From NCBI GenBank assembly GCA_963710415.1, contig CAVQAH010000024.1, positions 2,405-66,404 of the forward strand: a DNA stretch of 64,000 nt, in the 5' to 3' direction. The stretch is from an uncultured Acidobacteriota bacterium. Its GTDB lineage: Bacteria; Acidobacteriota; Vicinamibacteria; Vicinamibacterales; 2-12-FULL-66-21. The notes under the pieces are model-generated. The model was not told the origin of the DNA. It saw only the letters and a list, made by a program, of their open reading frames with translations, and made no database searches. Position numbers and translations under genes: made by a program. Position 1 is the first letter of the stretch. Each line of letters begins with the position of its first letter. Positions 55,536 to 64,000 of this stretch are shown here, in pieces.

Positions 55536-56330
55536 ATGGGTAGTAGTGATATTGGCGCGCAGCTTCGCTCCACCCGCGAGGCGCAAGGCTTGACGCTCGA
55601 AACGATGGCGCACCGTACACGCGTGCAGCCACGATTCCTCACCGCGATCGAAGAGAACGATCTTCGATCCATTCCGCCCAAACCGTTCGGACGCGGCTTC
55701 GTGCGCGCTTACGCGCGCGAGGTCGGACTCGATCCCGAACGGGCGGTTCATGACTACTTCGGTCAGTTCCCGCGGTCGCTCCTGAGCCGGCGGCGCCTGC
55801 GCAAAAAGACTACGAGTCACCGCAGGGATCGTCATGGGTCGTGCCTGTTACAGGCATCGCCGTGCTGGTGATGTTGATCGCCTGGGGTCTGCGCGGTGGT
55901 GACGGCGGCGGCGAGATCGCCGCAGTCGGACGTCGTCGGCACGACCGGCAGCAGCGCGGCCGTCTCTGCCGCTCGAGAGGCCAGCGCTGCCGCGGCTGCA
56001 CCGGCACCGACTCCAGCTCCGCCGGTCGCCACGCCTCCCGTGACGCCGAGTGCGCTGAACGTCGTGCTCACGGCAGAACGCCCAGCGTGGGTGACGGCCA
56101 GCGCTGACGGCAAGCGCGCGATCTACCGGGTGCTGGAGCCAGGTGCTCGCGAGAACCTCACGGCCACTCGGGAGATCAGCGTGTTGACCGGCAACGCCGG
56201 CGGCGTCGAGCTGACGATCAACGGACGCGCGGCGGGGGCGATGGGAAAGTCCGGAGAAGTGCGAACACTGCGCATCAATCCGGCCAACGCTGCGTCGATC
56301 GGTCAAGCCGCGGGCACACGCTGCGCTGAA
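55536..56330 (+). CDS. RodZ-like protein (HTH + TM + DUF4115-like C-terminus), frame breaks near 55785 and 55890; 3' end uncertain
   Basis: HTH region IGAQLRSTREAQGLTLETMAHRTRVQPRFLTAIEENDLRSIP...FGRGFVRAYAREVGLDP. TM helix VPVTGIAVLVMLIAWGL lies in a second frame. LTAERPAWVTASADGKRAIYRVLEPGARENLTATREISVLTGNAGGVELTINGR lies in a third frame. Confidence 0.65.
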
Positions 56331-56343
56331 CGTCTGCGCGGAT

Positions 56344-59009
56344 TCACTCCTCGCGAAGAATCGCCACTGGGTCCACGCGCGTCGCCCGAAGCGCCGGCAG
56401 ACTCAGCGCCGTCGTCGACGCGATCACGACACTCATCGCCGCCAGGGTGTGCGTCAGCGGATCGCCTTGGGTAACCCCGAAGAGCTCCGACACAATCAGG
56501 CTCGACACGAATCCCGGTCGCGGCGAGCCCGATCCCCACGCCGATGACCACCGGCGTCAGGCCATCGCGCAGGATCAGTCGATACACGTCGGCCGCCCCT
56601 GCCCCGAAGGCCATCCGCACACCGATCTCTTTCGTACGCTGCCCCACCGCGTTGGCCATCGTTCCGTAGATGCCGACCAGCGCAAGGAGCAGTGACGAGG
56701 GCACTGAAGGCATTGGCCACGATCGACATGACCCGGCGCAGCGCCAGCGGCTGCTGTCGGAGCTCGTCGAAGGTGATCGTCTGCTCGGCCCCGACTTTCG
56801 GGTCCATTCCGGCGATCTCCCGCTTCAGGGACGCCACGAACTGCGCCGGCTCGCCCGCGACACGCACGTGGACGATCGGCGTCTCCGCCGGGCCCTGCAG
56901 TGCGGAGGCATAAACGTACGAACGTGCCGTTTCGTCCAGCGAGTAATACTTGATGTCCCGCACGACGCCGACGATCTCCAGCGGAATGCCCACGCCGCCG
57001 GCCATCGTGATCGATTGGCCGACCGCGTTGCCGGCAGGCCAGTAGCGGCGGGCCATCGTTTCGTTGATCACCGCCACCGGGCGCGAACGTGCATCGTCGG
57101 TCTCCAGAATCCCGCGGCCCTGAAGGACCGGAATCCCCAACGTTGAAAAGTAGTCGGGACCAATCGCATTGAAGTCGATGAGGATGATCCGCTTGCCTGT
57201 TGGCGACGTTTGGCCAGGGATCGTGAATCCCAGACGTTCCTGATCGCCGCCGAGCGGAACCACAGTCGCAAACGACGCCGATCGAACGTCAGGCCTGGCA
57301 CGAAGCGATCGCATGAGGGTTTCCAGGAAGCTGCGGCCTCGGGGACCCTCGTAGCCATGGCGCTGCAGGTTCAGTCGCGTCAGCACGATTCCCGACGATT
57401 CGAAACCGGGATCGAACGTGCGCGCGTTGCGCAGGCTGCGCGCGAGGAGGCCGCCGGTAATGAGAAGGCAGACCGACACCGCTACCTGAATGGCGACCAG
57501 CACCCGGATGCTTCGTGCGCCGGCACGGCTGCCGGCGATCGTTGCCGAGGTCTCACGCAGCGTCACCTCGCCGCGTGCGGCGGATCGCCACGCCGGGAAC
57601 AAACCGAAGAGCAGCCCGGCTGTGACAGCGATCAGCGCAGCAAACGTGAGAATGCGAAGGTCGAGGGCTGGCGCGGCGGTCAAGTCCTGGGGAACCGCCG
57701 CGCGCACCAGGCTGCCCAGCCCGATCTGCATCCATCGCGACACCGCAAGCGCGGCCAGGCCGCCGACCAGCGCGAGGCACACGCTCTCGGTGAGCGTCTG
57801 ACGGATGACCCGCAGACGGCTGGCGCCGAGCGCGTATCGGATGGTCGTTTCCCGGAGCCTGGCGGCTGCACGCGATTGCAGAACGCCGGCGACATTGGCG
57901 CACGTCACCAGGAGGACCAGCGCCGCAATGACGCTCGCGAACATCACGACCGAAGCCGCCGAGCGACGCATCCCTTCCGGCAGACCCGACGCGCGAATCA
58001 CGCTGAATTGTCGTTGGGATCCAGGCTCTGGGAGCTCGCGGTCGAGTTCGGCCGCGACGCGCACTACATCGCTCTCTGCGCGCGTCATGTCGACACCCGG
58101 CGCCAACCTCGCCGTCAGCGTCAGCCACGACCAGCCACGCTTGGTCAGCTCGATGTTCTGCGGACGAACCTGGCGATACATCGCGATAGGTGCCCAGAAG
58201 CGAGTGGCAAACGCCGTGTAACTGCCGGTAAAGCCTGGAGGCGTGACGCCGATCACTTCCTGCGGGTATCCATTCAGGTAGATGACCTTCCCAATCGCGT
58301 CTGGCGCGCGGCCGAACTGCTCGCGCCAGAAGCCGTCGGAGATGACGACCACCGGGTGCGCACCAACGGTGGCGTCATCTGCCCGCTGGAGGAGTCGCCC
58401 CAGAGCGGGCTGTATGCGCAGAACCTCGAAGTAGTTGCCGCTCACGACTTCCCCGCCGATTGCCCTGGCCTCTTCTCCGATACCAAGACTCACCGACGTG
58501 TACTGATGAGCGGCAATCCCCGCGAACGCACGACTTCGTTTCGCAAGGTCCAGGAATGTCGGATGCGAGACCTGAGGACCATCGGCGGCATCGATGATAC
58601 GAACGACATGCTCACCATCGGGAACGGGGAGCGGCCGGCGAAGCATGGGATCTGCGAACTGAAAGACCGCGATGTTCGCACCGATGCCGAGTGCGAGCAG
58701 GAGAACGATGACCACCGTGCTCAGGGCGTACCGCCGCATCAGTCGCAGCGCAAACCGTACGTCGGCGCTCATCACGTCTGCCTGTTCGCGCGGGGCGCGA
58801 CGGATGAAATCGATGATCGTGCCGGCCCAGAGACGTGTAAGTCCTTTGACCCCGCGGTCCTCGTAAGCCGCCTGCCGCTGGTCCTTGAAATCCTCTGCCA
58901 TGGCCTCTCCGAAATCTCCCCGGAATTCGACCGGGAAGGCTTTCAACAGCCAGCCGTAAAGGCGATCGGCCAGAGGCAGTCGCTCGCGCGTCATCGTGCC
59001 CATGATCAC
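56344..59009 (-). CDS. Duplicated FtsX/MacB-type permease ('ADOP'-like), frame breaks near 56705 and 56520
   Basis: N-terminus ...DFKDQRQAAYEDRG...ALRLMRRYALSTVVIVLLLALGIGANIAVF. The middle FtsX half has TCANVAGVLQSRAAARLRETTIRYALGASRLRVI. The C-terminal pieces LLLALVGIYGTMANAVGQRTKEIGVRMAFGAGAADV and SSLIVSELFGVTQGDPLTHTLAAMSVVIASTTALSLPALRATRVDPVAILREE* are in the other two frames. Start is GTG at 59009 or ATG at 59003. Confidence 0.8.
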
Positions 59010-59040
59010 TCAGCCGGTCTGCCGTTGATTATGACGCGTG

Positions 59041-59069
59041 ACGATACGTCGTATCGCGACTTATGTCAA
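59041..59069 (-). promoter_or_regulatory. Predicted sigma-70-type promoter with embedded palindromic operator, upstream of the permease
   Basis: Minus strand reads TTGACA-TAAGTCGCGATACGACG-TATCGT with a 17-nt spacer. The 15-bp palindrome CGATACG(A/T)CGTATCG (59041-59055) overlaps the spacer and the -10. About 24/29 positions are identical to the padR promoter at 59518-59546. Confidence 0.45.
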
Positions 59070-59074
59070 GGCGC

Positions 59075-59149
59075 GGGGGTTCAGACGGGGGTTCACACGG
59101 GGGTTCACGACGAGGGTTCACCACGAGGGTTCAGACGAAGGTTCAGCGA
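59075..59149. repeat. Tandem array of 6 copies of the 12-13-bp unit, in GGGTTCACGACG orientation
   Basis: gggggttcagac gggggttcacac gggggttcacgac gagggttcaccac gagggttcagac gaaggttcagcga. It ends 4 nt from the padR stop (59153-59155). It is the reverse complement of the arrays at 24940-25040 and 59547-59649. Confidence 0.85.
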
Positions 59150-59152
59150 GGT

Positions 59153-59509
59153 CTATGAGGTTCGGGCGATCAGGCTGGCGGCTCGGGCGGCGGTGACCAG
59201 TTTGTTCAGTCGCGCGGCCTCGGCTTTCGCGACCTCGCGGCCGAAAGCTGTGAGCGTGTAGGCCCGCCGTTTGCGCGCGCTTTCATCAGGCGTTGAACGC
59301 CGGCGGACCTCGACGATCAATCCGTCGGCAAGCAGGCGTTTGACAATGCCATAGAGCGTCCCCGTGCTGAGTTGCACGCCGCCACTGGTGCGCTCGGCGA
59401 CGTCTTTCATGATGCTGTAGCCGTGTTTGTCCCCATCGGCCAGGGCGACAAGCACATGAAACATCGCCTCTGACATCGGCAAGTAATCTGTGACGCGGCG
59501 TTCCTGCAT
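59153..59509 (-). CDS. PadR-family transcriptional regulator
   Basis: Intact 118-aa ORF with MSEAMFHVLVALADGDKHGYSIMKDVAERT...TGTLYGIVKRLLADGLIVE. Confidence 0.9.
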   Translation of the reverse strand: MQERRVTDYLPMSEAMFHVLVALADGDKHGYSIMKDVAERTSGGVQLSTGTLYGIVKRLLADGLIVEVRRRSTPDESARKRRAYTLTAFGREVAKAEAARLNKLVTAARAASLIARTS

Positions 59510-59517
59510 GACGTCGA

Positions 59518-59546
59518 ACCATATGTCGTCCCGCGACGCATGTCAA
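59518..59546 (-). promoter_or_regulatory. Predicted sigma-70-type promoter of padR; -10 ends 8 nt before the ATG (near-leaderless)
   Basis: Minus strand reads TTGACA-TGCGTCGCGGGACGACA-TATGGT-TCGACGTC-ATG. The spacer carries GTCG-N5-CGAC, as in the permease promoter. Confidence 0.45.
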
Positions 59547-59649
59547 CGAACCCGTATTGAACATTCGTCGTGAACCATCGTATGAACCCCTGTGTGAACC
59601 CTCGTATGAACCCCTGTGTGAACCGTCGTGTGAACCCCCTTCGTGGACC
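59547..59649. repeat. Tandem array of ~8 copies of the 12-13-bp unit, in CGTGTGAACCC orientation
   Basis: ...ttgaacattcg tcgtgaaccatcg tatgaacccctg tgtgaaccctcg tatgaacccctg tgtgaaccgtcg tgtgaacccccttcg tggacc. It fills the whole spacer between the rtcB stop (59650) and the padR -35. Confidence 0.85.
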
Positions 59650-60867
59650 TCAGTCCCTGTACGGATCGAACTCGTTCGCCCCGGCCATCACGACGATGAG
59701 CGGGCGCAGCGTGTGCAGCACGTCGATCGTGCCTTTCTGCGCAGCGAGAACGTCGGGCAGGCGCCGGTAGACGTGCGGGCTCTCGTCGAGACCTCCGCCA
59801 CGGAGGATCACATTCTTCTCGCGAATCCACGCGTGCATCATCTCGGGCGATACCGCGCCCGCCTTCAGCACTTTTCCCGAACCCCACTTGCGCTTTCCGG
59901 CCGCCTGCGTCCGGGACATGACACGGCCCGCGCCGTGGACGGTGGAGAACATCGCGTCGCGCTGCAGTGCCGCGTTCCCCGGCCCGGGATTCGCCGCGCC
60001 CTCGACGATGACGGCATCGTCGCCCATGGATCCGCCGATGAATCCTTTCTGATTCGGAAACGCCGGCGTGGCACCTTTGCGCACGACGATGACCTCCTGC
60101 CCGTCGTGTTCCTCGCGCCAGGCGAAGTTGTGGTGGTTGTGCACGAGCTCGAGCTCGTGGCCCCCGAGCAGCGAGACGACCTTGCGCGCCACCCACTCCC
60201 TGCCGGCATAGGCATACTCGCCGGCGAGGGACATCAGCGCCCAGTAGTCCTGACCGATCGGCTGATGGAGCGACAGCAGCGTCTCGCGCTCGGGCACGCG
60301 CGTGCCCCATTTCTGGTTCTGTGACAACGCCATGAAGCCTGACGCTACCGCGTGACCGAACCCGCGGCTGCCGAAATGGACACCGACCCAGATGGTATCG
60401 GCCTCGTCCACGAATACATCGACATAGTGATTGCCGCTCCCGACCGTGCCCAGCTGTGCTCGCGCCTTGTCGCGAAGGTTGCCCTTGATCTGCGGCGGCA
60501 GAGCGTCCCAGGAAGCGCTGCCGAACAACGCGTGATCGACCGGCGCGTCATCCGAGCGGTTCTTCCGTCCGACACCAAACGACACGCTTCGCTGGATCTC
60601 GTCGGCGATCTCCGGCAGCGCGTCGGCCAGGCCGTGCGTGCCCTGGAACGTGAGGTCGGTGCGGATTGCGGCATTGCCGCACGCGATGTCGAACCCGACA
60701 CCGACGACGGACACCTGATCCCGATACGCGGCCACGCCACCGATCGGCATCACGTAGCCGAGGTGGCCGTCGGCCATGAGCGCCGCGCGCTCGGCGCGGC
60801 TCGCCACGTCTTTCAATTGCGCGATCGTGTTCGGCTCGTGATCGCCGAAGATGACAGTGTTCGACAT
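59650..60867 (-). CDS. rtcB: RNA-splicing ligase RtcB
   Basis: Intact frame from the ATG at 60867. Motifs: MADGHLGYVMPIGGV, GFDIACGN, GSGNHY, HFGSRGFGH, HNHHN, IGGSMG, TVHGAGR. These are RtcB metal- and GTP-binding His/Cys/Asp motifs. Confidence 0.9.
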   Translation of the reverse strand: MSNTVIFGDHEPNTIAQLKDVASRAERAALMADGHLGYVMPIGGVAAYRDQVSVVGVGFDIACGNAAIRTDLTFQGTHGLADALPEIADEIQRSVSFGVGRKNRSDDAPVDHALFGSASWDALPPQIKGNLRDKARAQLGTVGSGNHYVDVFVDEADTIWVGVHFGSRGFGHAVASGFMALSQNQKWGTRVPERETLLSLHQPIGQDYWALMSLAGEYAYAGREWVARKVVSLLGGHELELVHNHHNFAWREEHDGQEVIVVRKGATPAFPNQKGFIGGSMGDDAVIVEGAANPGPGNAALQRDAMFSTVHGAGRVMSRTQAAGKRKWGSGKVLKAGAVSPEMMHAWIREKNVILRGGGLDESPHVYRRLPDVLAAQKGTIDVLHTLRPLIVVMAGANEFDPYRD

Positions 60868-60896
60868 GGGACTGGCCTTCCAACGGTGTCCTTCGT

Positions 60897-60965
60897 CAAC
60901 TCCCAACGCCCAATTCCCAACTGCCAAGGGGTTGCCGACCGATCAACTGAGATCTCGTTGGGATG
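60897..60965. repeat. CAACTCCCAA-family element with truncated right arm
   Basis: caactcccaacgcccaattcccaactgccaagggg ... ctcgttggga. It sits between the rtcB start and the rtcR remnant. Confidence 0.7.
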
Positions 60966-61235
60966 CGTGCCGCCCGCCGGACGATCTCGATGATCGACGA
61001 CCGGCTGGAACGGCTACTTACGGCGAAGGCGCTCGCGGAGATCGATCTGTTCGAGCGCGGGCAACTCCGCGAGGTCGTGAGGGTGTGCCGCGCGGCACGC
61101 AGCCTGTCGGAGGCTGGCCGGCGTCTGTTTGCGGTCTCGCGCACGCGCAAGGCCGCGGCCAACGACGCCGACCGCCTGAGGAAATATCTGGCGCGTTTTG
61201 GTCTCGACTGGAACGCGCTCAAGCGGGCTAGGTGA
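60963..61235 (+). pseudogene. rtcR: Remnant of rtcR (sigma-54-dependent activator): only the C-terminal ~80 codons
   Basis: ...LFERGQLREVVRVCRAARSLSEAGRRLFAVSRTRKAAANDADRLRKYLARFGLDWNALK resembles the characteristic RtcR C-terminal HTH tail as I recall it. There are no CARF or AAA+ coding regions upstream. It is divergent from rtcB, as in the canonical rtcR/rtcBA locus. Confidence 0.65.
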
Positions 61236-61317
61236 CAACGCCCAACCGCCAACTCCCAAGCAGAGCCGATCGAGAGAGTGGGGTGAAAGACAAACCAAGC
61301 CGCTAGTGGGTTCGACT

Positions 61318-63567
<2,250 letters not shown>

Positions 63568-63852
63568 GATGATGACTCCTTGAATTGCTCGAAAAGTGCC
63601 CGGAAAGACTGAAGAATCTTACTACAGGGGCTCGAAAGCCGTGGTCCGTGGTCCAATCGCTCTCAGCAGCGCGCGAAGACTCGCAGCCGCGGCTGGTTCC
63701 ACAGTCCGGTGACGCGGCTACTAGCAAGAGCCGCGGCTGCTTGGCAATACAGCTTCTCAACCGTCGGGAAGTCACGAGACCAAACTGGCGCCGAATTCGT
63801 ATATGGCCTACAATGCAGGCAAGACACTGACGACTCCCGACTGACGACACTC

Positions 63853-64000
63853 ATGTTCGAACAGATAGTTCTCCTCGCAATTCTGCGGCTCGGTGAGGAC
63901 GCGTATGCCATCCCGCTACGTGAGGAGATCGAGCGGCGGACCGGACGGCGCATCGCGCGTGGGGCGTTGTACACGGCGCTCGAACGGCTCGAGGCGAAGC
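63853..64000 (+). CDS. PadR-like winged-helix regulator, N-terminal part (runs off window)
   Basis: From the ATG at 63853: MFEQIVLLAILRLGEDAYAIPLREEIERRTGRRIARGALYTALERLEAK. This ORF is not in the supplied ORF track because it is truncated by the window end. Confidence 0.5.
   Translation, partial: MFEQIVLLAILRLGEDAYAIPLREEIERRTGRRIARGALYTALERLEAK

Noticed and set aside
59075-59649. LexA (SOS) boxes of the GTTC-N7-GTTC type, which I recall as reported for Alphaproteobacteria and Acidobacterium, within the 12-13-bp arrays
   Set aside because: GTTC/GAAC cores recur with 8-9-nt gaps rather than 7. They form long arrays rather than single boxes, and they flank padR/permease/rtcB rather than SOS genes.
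60868-60962. Sigma-54 (-24/-12) promoter upstream of rtcB
   Set aside because: The minus strand contains TTGGCAG, but the nearest TTG(C/G) is two positions out of register with the TGGCAC-N5-TTGC consensus. The sequence is also part of a dispersed repeat arm rather than a unique promoter.

Overview
This is a high-G+C (roughly 65-70% by eye) chromosomal segment whose gene content looks like a soil Acidobacteria-type genome. I saw no rRNA, tRNA, cas genes, transposase, integrase or phage genes.

Gene content:
- Four PadR-regulator / duplicated FtsX-MacB-type ('ADOP'-like) permease modules; the fourth is only a partial padR at the window end.
- Three CarboxypepD_reg-type TonB-dependent receptors, plus a fourth that is decayed.
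- Many Sec/Tat-exported hydrolases: GH31, a BNR/sortilin-like protein, two S9 DPP-IV-like peptidases, M24 peptidases, two amidohydrolases and a class-C beta-lactamase-like serine hydrolase.
- A minus-strand sugar-acid utilisation operon: MFS transporter, rhamnonate-dehydratase-like enzyme, 3-hydroxyacid dehydrogenase, GH31 and cyclophilin.
- A Kef-type antiporter, a YdbS/YdbT pair, a ferritin-like protein, a RodZ-like protein, an aldo-keto reductase, a Gfo/Idh/MocA oxidoreductase and RtcB.

Unusual points:
1. About 20 otherwise well-conserved genes are broken by single-base frame changes. Almost all are in the +1 (insertion) direction, and there is a dense hot spot at 31.2-35.8 kb. This is more likely a consensus artefact than biology.
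2. A ~6.3-kb block (6.1-12.4 kb) holds only deeply decayed genes (TonB receptor, Ser/Thr kinase with PD40 repeats, ECF sigma) and has lower G+C.
3. rtcB sits next to an rtcR gene reduced to its last ~80 codons, which are bracketed by repeat elements.
4. At least five families of intergenic repeats are present: ~35-bp tandem arrays bracketing one gene, 12-13-bp tandem arrays (one pair inverted around a padR gene), two palindromic REP/MITE-like families, and a nested 121-bp hairpin.
5. The third PadR module has paralogous promoter-operator copies.

I did not recognise a clear novel multi-gene system. The repeat architecture, the rtcB/rtcR remnant and a hypothetical-hypothetical-J-domain operon are the best leads.
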